A stretch of 64,000 nucleotides of DNA from Chrysomallon squamiferum (Eukaryota > Animalia > Mollusca): the NCBI GenBank assembly GCA_012295275.1, contig CM022666.1, forward strand, positions 1,488,001 through 1,552,000, given 5' to 3'. Shown here piece by piece: positions 31,208 through 57,575 of this stretch; position 1 is the first letter of the stretch; every line of letters starts with the position of its first letter. Both the position numbers and the translations under genes were made by a program. Below the pieces are notes generated by a model. The model was not told the DNA's origin, ran no database searches, and was given only the letters and a program-made list of their open reading frames with translations.

Positions 31208-31932
31208 GAGACAGCGCAGGGGGTAACCTGGCTGCTGCAGTGAGCCTCAAACTTTCCCTCGAGCATCAACCTTCAGAACATCAACCATCACAGGATCAAC
31301 CTTCACAGCATCAACCTTCAGAGCATCAACCTTCAGAGCGTCAACTCTGCTTCCAGTTTCTCATCTACCCGGCGCTGCAGGCCTTCGACTTCGAGCTTCC
31401 GTCCTTCCTGATCCCAGGTCAGCCATTTCTCGACCGAGAGACGATGGCGTTCTTCTGGACGGTGTACGCCGGACTTCCACCGCACACCGTGGCCCAGTTC
31501 GTGCGAAACGAACACACCTCCCCGACTCTGAAAGCCTCGAAATACGCTCGTTACGTAGATCCCCGACAGCTGCCGGAAAAATACCGGAAAACCGACCAGC
31601 CCCGGAAAAAAACGGATTTGAATTTCGGCAACGTCACTTTGTCCGATGAAGTCGACGGAATCATTCTCGACCAGTATTTTGCTCCTCTGATGGCCGGGGA
31701 CCTGTCCAAAGTGCCTCAAGCGATTGTTTTGACCGCTCAGCACGATCCTTTGAGAGACGACGGGCTGTTGTATGTGGAGAGGTTGGCAGCGGCCGGAGTT
31801 GATGCGGTCAACATGCATGCTGTCGACGGGTTTCACATCTACATGACGAATCCAGATTTCTTCCAACTCGCCGAGAAATCGACGAAGCAGTTCGTGGAGT
31901 ATGCGAAAGAAAGATTTGAAAAATGTGCTTAG
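31208..31932 (+). CDS. Second terminal catalytic exon (6b) of the AADAC-like esterase; alternative isoform ~429 aa
   Basis: Phase-1 acceptor ttttcag|GA at 31207/31208, the same junction as exon 6a. Encodes GDSAGGNLAAA, LIYPALQAFDF, FAPLMA, HDPLRDDG and GFH; stop TAG at 31930-31932. No copies of exons 1-5 between 29862 and 31208. Confidence 0.82.
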
Positions 31933-32127
31933 ACTGACTGAGCGACTGTTTTGTTTTTTTTAATTAAGAAAAATAGTTGCCTTAAATTTGATGGATGTTT
32001 GTAAAATAGAGCTTGTTTTTGTTTTTTTGTTTATCCTTTTTGTTGTTGTTTTTTTGTTAAATGCACTCAGGTTTGCAATATCTGAAAATTCATTATGCAC
32101 TGATAATTTAATTGTTAATAATTTTGC

Positions 32128-32177
<50 letters not shown>

Positions 32178-32889
32178 TGTATGTATAAGTGTGTGTGTGA
32201 TCAACAAAAAAGATGCTTAGATGTTAAGTTTGATATTTCTAAATGTATATTTTATTTTTATTTTACTTTTTAAATTATTTCTTTATTATAATAATAATTT
32301 TTTTTTTTGTATTTGTTGTCAAATTGTAGTTAAATAGTCAAAATTTTACATAACAAATTAGTCTGAAAAAAGAAAAATGATTCTGATGACTTAAGTATGA
32401 AATCTTTATACCCGAGTGAGTGTATTGATGTGTGCATGTTTGTGACAAAACGCTTAATGAAAATAAAATTATTAACTAAATTTATGTTCACCATATGAAT
32501 ATTTTTTGTGCACAGTAATTTTACAGGGTTTGAAAATCCAGTGGTAACACATTATTATTACAACATTGTTATATTTATTCTATTTTTTGCATAATTTTTT
32601 TTTAAATATAATGGCTTGTTATATTTATATTTTTGTCTATTACTTTTTGTTGGAATGATTAATGATTAAACATTTAATAAAATTTAAATATTTTATTGTT
32701 GATGTTAAATTTAAACTTCAACTTCTTCTTCTTCTTCTTCTTCTTATTATTATTAACATTATTGCTGTTACTACTGCTACTACTACTACTACTGTTATTA
32801 ACATTTCCACCTTTTTATCTTAATTCACACACGAATGTTTGTGAATTTCAGCTTTTGTCATTTGCCAGCGTTCTGTTTTTCCTTTAAAA

Positions 32890-32937
<48 letters not shown>

Positions 32938-32967
32938 AATAATAAAATAAAATAAAATATAGTTTGG

Positions 32968-38364
<5,397 letters not shown>

Positions 38365-38512
38365 TGTCTTTGTTAAACTGACTTCATTGTGTTCGGTAAC
38401 AACTGCAGGAAATACGTTTTTTTAAAATAAATTATCTCGGTGTATCTGCGTTTACTGTTAAATCTGAATTATAAATAAACAAGTTCATAAGCATGATAAC
38501 GTATACGAATGT

Positions 38513-38604
<92 letters not shown>

Positions 38605-39235
38605 AGAGAGAGAGAGAGAGAGAGATCAGCTGAAAAATTAAACACACATTCACACAATTTTTATCTGTATATCGATAAACATGGGCTTGCAATTTATTTT
38701 TTTTTTTTTTTTATCGATAACTTTACAAAAATAAAAATTCGCAAGTAACGAAAAAGTATAATACTATACCTTTTCGAATATAGTTTCCTTAAAATCATGT
38801 ATCTTCCAAACTGTCCATTTTACGTCCAAAATTCAAAACCGGTGACCATGTTTTTGCATTGCTAATAACGTTAGCAAAAAAATCCTTAGCATTTAATAAT
38901 ATTAACCAACCTTTGTTACACGCAGTCCATTGTACCGTTGGTATCTAAGGGTGATCATAACAGAACGCTTTCCATACGGTCCACGCAACCGTAAAAGCTG
39001 GGATATATTTAATACGACAGATGGTTAGACTAATTCGCGTTAAACTACCGTTACGTAATCACCACTAATTGTGTATTGTATTGTCCTTTATTGCATGTTA
39101 TTATTATTATCATCATAAGCTTCAAGAAAGAGGTATTTAACGAGTGTTTGTCACTGGAATTAAAAGAATGAAATGGTATGAAGATATTTTGATGTAATAA
39201 TAATAATGATGATGATGACGATGACGATGATGTGA

Positions 39236-39283
<48 letters not shown>

Positions 39284-39385
39284 TGTTGCTGCTTTGTTGA
39301 TCATAATGAGAAATTAATAATTAGTTTCAGGATTCTTCCGAAACATCATGGACAGTTAATTTATTTTTTTATAAATGTTTGGCAT

Positions 39386-39420
<35 letters not shown>

Positions 39421-41246
39421 TTTTTCCAGTGAAATCAAATTATTTGGAAAAACTATCTCTAGAATGGTCGAGTAGATAAAGGAAAACTTTGTTTTAAATT
39501 CCTTTTTCACATTATCACTGATACATGACTAAACTGCTCACTTCGGTTGAGTCTTAAACGTTTGTTATTTAACTGTATGTTTAAAATAAGCTAAGTCTTT
39601 CCAGCGTCAGCTATGATCGTTAACGATCAGTTTGGACAAAACCAGAAAGGTTTGTTATCAGCATTTCCTTGACTGATTCAAATTTTACAACATTACGTGA
39701 AGGGAAAAAAAAAAAGTGTTTTATCAGGACACTGTTACGATTCTGTTTCTAATATAAAGCAGGTAATGATGTATATATGTATGTATGTATGTATGTATGT
39801 GTGTGTATGTATGTATGTATGTATGTATGTATGTATGTATGTATGTATGTATGTATGTATGTATGTATGTATGTATGTATGTATGTATGTATGTGAATGA
39901 ATGTTTGTTTGACGGCACCCCTATACGAAAAACATATCGGCTATTGGGTGTCAAACAAAGGTAAATATAACAAAATGTGATGTGTGTATGCGTGATCGCA
40001 TCTAAATACGAAACAGGCTTCGTACATTCTGCCTGCCATCTTGATTTTGATGGTCGCGATAAACACATTTTTTTTTTCTTTCTGTACATATCCATGCACT
40101 CACGCATTCACTGTTTCTTTCTCTTATTTATTTTTTATTTTTTATTTTTTTCGGTTTGATCTGTATTAAAATGACGATGGTACGTACTCGTTGTTTCATC
40201 ACAATGAAGTTTTGAGTAATGTCGTGTATTTAAACTAACAGAACGAAAAGAAACTTGCGAATCCAGATTAAAGACCAACTGACATTAACAAATGTTTTTC
40301 TGCACATTCACACACATATTCATACTTCTGTATTAATTCGCAGTCAAAGGATAAAAAACAGAAATAAGCAACTGCTTTTCTTATTGTTCTTAATTACTCT
40401 TTTCATTCCAACGAAACGGTTACGTGTGCGATCGAAAACTGATTAATACTTGCTTCTGAGGTGACGTTATACTTATCACGTGACCTAATATGGCGTCGTC
40501 ATACCGAATAACGTTACGTTATTAAATAAACAGAAATGATGCAAGATGGTGGAAGCTGATTCACCAAATAAAGTAAATGACCGCAGTTGAGGTGACGGAC
40601 ATCATTGACGTGGATGATGTCAATGTCGTTGTCACTGCCAACATCGTGGTTTCGATTAATGTCATATTCACTGCAGTTTAGCTCCTGTCAGAATTTATTT
40701 ATTTTTTTGGCAAAAACGCAAACCGACATTCGCTTTTGTTTACTGACATAAAATTAAATCATTAAATAAATAAATAAATAAATTAAACTACACAAGATTT
40801 TAAAAAGATATGTTTTATTATTACAAAGAGTGTTATCACATACCACAGCTGGAAAAGACTAGCTAGCATTAATCTGACAAAAACAATTAAGTTAATTTTC
40901 AAATAAATCTATAAAATATATATATATATATATATATATATAATCTATTAATTTTTAATAAACATTTTTTAACAAAAGTTCAATCATTGTACATTTCTAT
41001 CCTGGTTTGGAAAAAAAAAAAAAATGTAGTAAAAGAAATATTAAAAAAAAAAAATAAAAAAAAAAAAAAATAAGAAAATGAATATCTTAAGAGATACCAG
41101 AATACTGTTGGACTTGTTATTACATTTAAAATGCACTTTGGTGATAATAAGAAACTACCTTGATACCTCCAAATTAGTTTTGATCTGTTCTTCGCCGTCC
41201 AATCTTAATTAATAACAAAGTATAACAACAAACGAGAACATTCTTA

Positions 41247-42610
41247 AAATATCGGGGCACCATTACTTGTATATAATCTTGACGGTATTTGGGCGTATTT
41301 CTCTAAGTTTCTTTCTATTTTGTACTAAAAAAATAAAAAAATCGATAACACGAAGGTAATATCGTCATTCACCCAACTGTGAACTGAAAACCAAAATGGC
41401 GGCGTTAAAATATTTTGTAACAACAAATTATTTAACCGACATAATTTGATACTATTGACGCAAGAGAGCAATAATAATAATTATGAAATATCAAGAATCT
41501 AACAGATCATTCACTTATAATAACGAATGCGTAAAACATTTAATTATGAAAAAAATAAAATAAAATAAAAATAATAAAAAATCGATAAAACACGAAGGTA
41601 ATGGTGTCTAACTGTTAACATAACAAGAACAAAAAAAAAAAAACGGTGATAAAATATTTTGGAACCATATTACTTAACTGGCAAAATAATAACTAGGAAA
41701 TATAAAGAATTTTAACAAATCATTTGCTTATATTAAATAAATACATTTAAATAAATAAATAAAAAATAATAATAAAATAAAATAAAATAAAATAAAATAA
41801 AATAAATAAAGAAAAAGAAAAAAGATAACTAAATTTCGACCAAAATTAAGACTTTTTTTTCCCCATACCAGGACAGAGTTGTGATATGTTTAAGTAATAA
41901 CAAGGTGCAATAATATGTAAATATATATATTGTTATATATGTGTGTGTGTATATATATATAATATCAAGTTTTGACCAATATTTGGCTGTAAAAATAACT
42001 AGAACTTTTCTGAAGGTGGCGATGGTGAGATGGTTATTGCATTGGTCATTGAGAATAAACTCAGAAATTAAGCTAAAAATATATAAAATGTAATTATGAA
42101 CAGATGAGCAGGGAATCAGTAACATACCTTGTTTGCCAAGTGCCACAATAAACAGGATGGATTTCAGTTTGACAGATTTTGATTTTAACACCGTAGATGA
42201 ACAAATTCTTTTCTTGACAATATTTTATACACACAGTCTAATCACTGTCAGGTTATGAAACGATAAAATATTTTGGCTATAATGAAACAGTTTTACATCA
42301 ACAATCAACATGAAATATATAGTAATACAAATATATTAAAGAAACGAAAAAAAAAAAAAAAAAAAAAAACCCCAATGGTGGCATGTACAAATTGATATTG
42401 CTTTGTTTTAGCCATGATTTATACAAACATATTGAAGCAACTGTAAGCATATCAAAATATATGAAATACGCGTTTTTAAGGCCATGATTAATTAAAGAAT
42501 ATTTGAGACACAACAAAATAACGGCTTAAATACATTTGACCCATGACAAATATCGGGGCACCATTTTCTGTATATAATCTTACTTTTCTAGTTTCTTTCT
42601 GTTTTGTACG

Positions 42611-42649
<39 letters not shown>

Positions 42650-42995
42650 AAACAAGAAGGTAATGGCGTCATTAACCCAACTGTGAACTGAAAACCAAAA
42701 TGGCGGCGTTAAAATATTTTGTAACAACAAATTATTTAACCGACATAATTTGACACTATTGACGCAAAAGAGCAATAATAATAATTAGGAAATATAATAA
42801 AAAAATATAAAAAATAAATCAAACACGAAGGTAATGGCGTCATTAACCCAACTGTGAACTGAAAACCAAAATGGCGGCGTTAAAATATTTTGTAAAAACA
42901 AATTATTTAACCGGCATAATTTGACACTATTGACGCAAAAGAGCAATAATAATAATTAGGAAATAAAAAGAATTCTAACAGATCATTCACTTATA
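41247..42995 (+). repeat. Clustered ~170-270-nt repeat (copies ~41247-41520, ~42548-42795, ~42822-42995), possibly a non-autonomous transposon remnant
   Basis: Shared AAGGTAAT..CGTCATT.ACCCAACTGTGAACTGAAAACCAAAATGGCGGCGTTAAAATATTTTGTAA core. Confidence 0.75.
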
Positions 42996-43988
42996 TAAGA
43001 AAGCAATATTTTATTATTCTACTGTCGTGTTAGTATTTTGGCCATCAGACACAAATACTAAAAGTAACATGGAAGTATAGATACTACATTTAAGCCATTA
43101 TTTATTTAATACTCAAGAATATTTTAAGTTCGTATTTTGAATTAGTAACAAAACATTTCAAAATACGTAATACATTTACACAAACATTTTGAAGTCTTAA
43201 GTTATTTAATGCACTAAGCAAGGGGGGGGGGCTTATGTTTAATCTGCAGCTACATTTTACATTTGGATGATTCATACACGATAGATTCAAGTACACATGT
43301 TTGCATAACTCAATTCAAACCAGCACTGTCATGCATGAGTTGAAATGAAGTGAATTTCAATAAATTTAAAAAAAGGTTTTATGTGATGGTTATGGTTATT
43401 ATTATTTTGCAGCACTTGGAAATTTGAGCTTGTATGGATGCATGATATAAATAATAAACCATTCATGAGCGACTGAAATAAATGTACTGTATCTTTAAAA
43501 AAACAGAACACACGTTCGTTCTGAATTAAACATTGCATATTTAAAAGGCAAGAAAAAATCTGCTTTAAATTTGAGAATTTTCTGACAAAAAAAATATGCA
43601 TAGATGATAATTATGAACAATAAATTTATGAATATTTCTAAAAAGATATGGACTAACATTATGCATGAATTTTCCGTAAACAAACGAAAATACACACAGC
43701 CAGCCCAGCTTACTTGAAAACATATACTTGCAGATTTGCAAAAACAGTGAACAATCAGGACACTAATATAAAATGATGTATTTTTGCACATTTGCAAGTG
43801 GAAATGTTACTAAGAACTGCTAAAATCCGTACATGTACATCGTAACAACTACGGCATTCTCGCATTCCTACTTCCACCATATGAATTACAGTTAACCGCA
43901 CAGTTATGTGTAAATGAAAATACATCATTCAACCAAGGCAGTTCAAAACAATGGATGCCAATATCAGAGATGATAAGTAGTAAACGTG

Positions 43989-44094
<106 letters not shown>

Positions 44095-45054
44095 ATTGAT
44101 TGATTGATTGATCAATATATAATGTGTATATATGTTGGAGAAAGAATGGATTATTTAATTCATGTCCAAAGATCAAATACGTACACTTAAAATTATTTAA
44201 AACTTGATCAATGTGTAGATAATTTACTTAACATTTTATCAGTTTGCTTATTTAATGTGCATTTTGTACAGATTTAAAAAAAAAAAGATACATTCAATAA
44301 ATATACATTATTCAATAAATATAAACAACGAATATTGATGCAAAGAAATAATTATCTTTTTACTATATACACTTGTATATAAAAGAAAGAACTGATAAAA
44401 CAAAATCCTGGTTATTCGTTGTTTATTTGAAGGTTAAGTATAAATGAATATTATATATTTAAAAATAGAATACTGAGGATATTATGTTTTAATTATTTAA
44501 AACAGAATATTGAGGCAAATGATCAATGAATTATTTAGAGTATATTTTAAAAGGGAAGTGTAGATATATATTGTATAATATTAAGAATTGAAACATCACA
44601 GATTTGTAGGAGAATTTGAGTCTTTATATACAAATAACAAATACAGTAACAAATGAATATGCACATATGCATGCGTGTATTATGTATGTATGTACGTACG
44701 TATATATGTGTTATATGTACTTGTACATGTGTACATATATGTATGTATATATGTTTTTATGTTTTATATTTGTTTTGTTTGTGTGTGTGTGTGCCTCTAT
44801 GAATGTATGAATACATTTATTTATGTATGTATGCATGTATGTATGTTTGTATGTGTGTGTGTATACAGGTATGTACATATGTGTGTGTTTATAACACATA
44901 CAAACAAAACACAACAGGGACACTGGGAATGTAAAATGAGGCATCATCAGAGGCAGTAGGAGATTCCTTTTAATCATTCTTTTCCATGTTAGCCATGGCA
45001 AGAAGGCAAACCTGATTTATCCAGCTAACCATCCACCCGCCCAGCAGAAAAAGC

Positions 45055-53789
<8,735 letters not shown>

Positions 53790-53977
53790 TTAAATTCTTT
53801 ACAGTAAACAAGAATCACATTGGTATACCTGTAGAAGGTTACAGTAAAGTGATCTGGTTTTTCATGTATATTCCGCATCAAAGGTTATTGTATTCAGTAC
53901 ACTGAATTCATCATGATCAAATACCAGTCACACGTACTATTAAGGACGTGCGTATTGCATTAGTAATATGGAAACAT

Positions 53978-54034
<57 letters not shown>

Positions 54035-54661
54035 TAATAAATAAATAAATAAAGATCAATTTAATGTTATAGGTTTTTTGTAAGAAATAATAAAAACACC
54101 AGTTGTTTAAGAATAATATTACACTGTTTACAGTAAATGAACAAATTATTAATAAATTTGTCACTCCGATAATACAACTTCAAGAAACAAGAAACAAAAA
54201 TAAAATAATTCTACCAGAATGTCATTAGCTGCAAACTGTACAAAGTATCAGTGTAATGGCTGAGCTAATAAAGAAATATTTAAATGAATACCTTTAATGT
54301 TCTGCAGAAAGAGATTTGACCTCGAAGACCAAAGTCTGATAAGAAGAAAGGTAACTCCAGCTTTTAGTAAACAAACACTGTGATAATTGTGTCACAAATT
54401 CACAGCCCTTTAATGCTGCAAAATAAGTTGAAAATCAAGGTCTGTGTCAGTTATACTTGTACGTGCGTGTGCATGTGTGTGGGTGTGCATAAATACAAAA
54501 ATGAAGCATAAAGAATAGGCATATAAAATTAAATAGGTATATGACTCAAATTAAACTGATATATAAAAACACAACAGCAACAACAACAAAAGTAGTAGTA
54601 GTAGTAGTAGTAGTAGTCTTAATATGTACGTCATTATCTCTAAATTACACGTATATTTTTG

Positions 54662-54706
<45 letters not shown>

Positions 54707-55685
54707 CAATTAATTGAGCTAAGATGGTGTAAGGGCAATTTTATATTCCGAAAATGTCTGTACTTGTGAACTATTTTTTCAATTAATTCATTTAGTTCAT
54801 CAATTTCTCTTTAAAAAGCAAAACAAGTCAGTGAAATTTTCCGGATGTCTAATTCATTGAATGGAATTAAATTTCTATCTTAGATAAAGATATACAGGTA
54901 ATTAATTAATTATGAATAGATACTGTTATCAACATTTAATCTACTTATTTGAATAAAATGACAGTATTTGATTTCGTGATCACGGTTTGCAATTACCACC
55001 AAATCAGATAAAAATTTTTATATTAAAATCGACGACGGCAAAGTTATTGATAATATTTGCACAAACAAAACGAAATACATGATCTCCATTAATTATTAGT
55101 TTTCGACGTAAAAATGCTTACCCTTTTTTAATGCCTGGATGATTTTTTTTTTTTTTTTTATTTTTATTTTGTTTTTTTGTGAAAACATTTTTAGTAAACA
55201 TATTACTGGAACACTAAACTGAAGTATTTGCTTTCCTTATGTTGCTTTCTTTCATAATTACACTGTGACGAACGAAAATTATGAACATTTTGTTAGGTAA
55301 TCGAACATTTTAAATGTTTCTGACGCTACGACCTATATATGTATTGCTTATCTCTCATGAGAAATGAATTCTAATGAAAAACGAAAAAAAAAAAAAAATT
55401 GTAAGAAGAATTAAATCGAGATATGACAGTGCGGTATGCTTGGTGAATCAAGATTTGTAGACTGTGTGGAGTTCAGCACTAGACAAATATTTGAAGGCAA
55501 AAATCAAAGAAACAACAACAACTCCACAAAGGATTAAATTACAAAATAAAGATTTAGTTCAATATATATGACTCTAACTGACGTCATCGAATATCCGGAT
55601 GGGTCAAGGTAAACCTCAGGTCATGGAGGTAAAGAATCGGTCATGCACTGGTTTATTACGTCATATATGAACATCTGTGAAACAA

Positions 55686-55740
<55 letters not shown>

Positions 55741-56798
55741 TCATATATGTTGAACTCCAAACTATTTTAAAATGAAGTAAATTATATTACAGGTTTAAAA
55801 TGAAAATAAAAAAGAAATAAATAATAATAATAATAATTATTATTATTTATAAACTATTCCAGTATCCTTTTCGGTTACAGTTATTATTACCTTCATCCGT
55901 TGCGTGTTCACGTCTGCAAAGCATGTGACAGCTGTTTGAAATTTAGCAGCAGTATCACCAAAACGATTTCGTCCTCACGTTTTCCCTGAAGCAGTGGCGA
56001 ACCGATGATGTGGCGTCGTGTGGCATCGTGCGACATCGTGTGACATCGTGTGGAATCGGGTGCTGGGCACCTGATGTTAGCCTCGTGGTCAGTGACTCAG
56101 TTTCAGCGCTCTGAGCAGACGATGTTTTCCGTTCCTGTCTGCAGCCTCAGTTTCACAGACAGATATTTCAGGCTGGATTTCAATTAGTCAGAAATTACGT
56201 TTATTCAAAGTAACTTTAAGACTTGGTACTATGTACTTGTTATAGACACAAATACATACATACATACATATATACATAAATACATAGATACATACATGCA
56301 TACATACACAGATACATACATAGATGCATACATAGATACATACATGCATACATACATACATATATAGATACATACATGCACACATACACACATACACACA
56401 TACATACATACATACACACACATACATACATACATACATACACACATAATACATACATACATACATATACACATAGATACATAGTTACATACGTACATAC
56501 GTACGTACATACATACATACATACATAAACACATACATACATACATATTAAAGTTGTCTTGATGGCAGAACGTTAACGTGATCCGTCTTCGGACTTAGGG
56601 CGAATTGGTGCCACACGTTCGTGTCTTGTCAGCAGCATCTGACGGGTCTCTGATGTTGTATTTGTCCTCCTGCGCCAGTTCGTTCCCGAATACGCCCAGA
56701 ATCTAATCCAGAAGTACGTAAGACAGATATACAAATACATACGTACACATACAATACCTACAAACAGAAATACATGCTGTGTTTTCAAACGAAAAAAA

Positions 56799-56832
<34 letters not shown>

Positions 56833-57084
56833 TATTTCTCTCTCTTTCTTTTTCTCAGTAAGTGTGTAGTAATGGAATAATAATAACAACACAATATAAA
56901 TAGTAATAGCAGCGATCACAGTAGCAGTGATCGTAATACTACTACTAATAATACGAACAAAAAGAATAGGAAAATTGTTTTGTTGCTTTCTTGCAACGTG
57001 ATGCGCCTAGCTCTCTGGTTCGGTCAATCACATGAGTCAAATTCACGTTTTCCCATCACGTTGTCTGGATGTCGACAAAATGAC

Positions 57085-57121
57085 TATAAATACAGACCAC
57101 AGACACTGAGAAACTTCATTC
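57085..57121 (+). promoter_or_regulatory. TATA box plus Inr-like element, repeated at 59948 and 62857
   Basis: CTATAAATA followed ~30 nt later by TTCATTC in all three units. Confidence 0.6.
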
Positions 57122-57225
57122 CTTGCAGAGCTCTTCCACTTGCTGTAACAAACATTTTGCTTTCACAACACTTTGCTTATTCACGAAAATCTTTGCACTT
57201 GAAGATATCAGCTCATACTGTAATA

Positions 57226-57414
57226 ATGTCTATCGTCTTTCCATCAGCAGTGACTCTTTGTCTGTTCAACACACAAGACAACAACGACGTCTTCACTATG
57301 GACGTGGACATGCCTCAAACCGGCAGAGGATTGTATCCTTTGGAACACTCTGTCGCTGACAGGGAAATGTTCCCAGTATCGGGGATTCAGGAGGAAGACT
57401 CGTACAGAAAATGA
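57226..57414 (+). CDS. Unrecognised 62-aa small ORF, tandem copy 1 (MSIVFPSAVTLC...EEDSYRK)
   Basis: First ATG downstream of TATAAATA (57085) and an Inr-like TTCATTC; same length and no indels in three tandem units. No family recognised. Confidence 0.5.
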   Translation: MSIVFPSAVTLCLFNTQDNNDVFTMDVDMPQTGRGLYPLEHSVADREMFPVSGIQEEDSYRK

Positions 57415-57457
57415 AATTCTTCTTCTCAGCAGGCTCTCTGATCAAAAAGAGATAATG

Positions 57458-57575
57458 CAGAACATTATCTGTTCAACTACAGAACATTATCTGTTCAACT
57501 ACAGAACATTATCTGTTCAACCACAGAACATTATCTGACCAACTACAGAACATTATCTGTTCAACTACAGAACAT
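57458..57575 (+). repeat. 22-nt minisatellite CAGAACATTATCTGTTCAACTA x5 (x2 in copies 2 and 3)
   Basis: Units start at 57458, 57480, 57502, 57524 and 57546. Confidence 0.9.

Noticed and set aside
56065-56150. tRNA-like A-box (TAGCCTCGTGG); also a hairpin-like fragment at 39900-39960
   Set aside because: No B-box or cloverleaf; at most decayed SINE fragments.
56980-57225. 144-aa version of the tandem ORF starting at TTG
   Set aside because: The extension runs through the TATA box and putative 5' UTR; first plausible start is ATG 57226.
57458-57575. Short direct-repeat arrays resembling CRISPR (also 46210-47020, 48110-48366)
   Set aside because: Head-to-tail repeats with no unique spacers, no cas genes, eukaryotic context.
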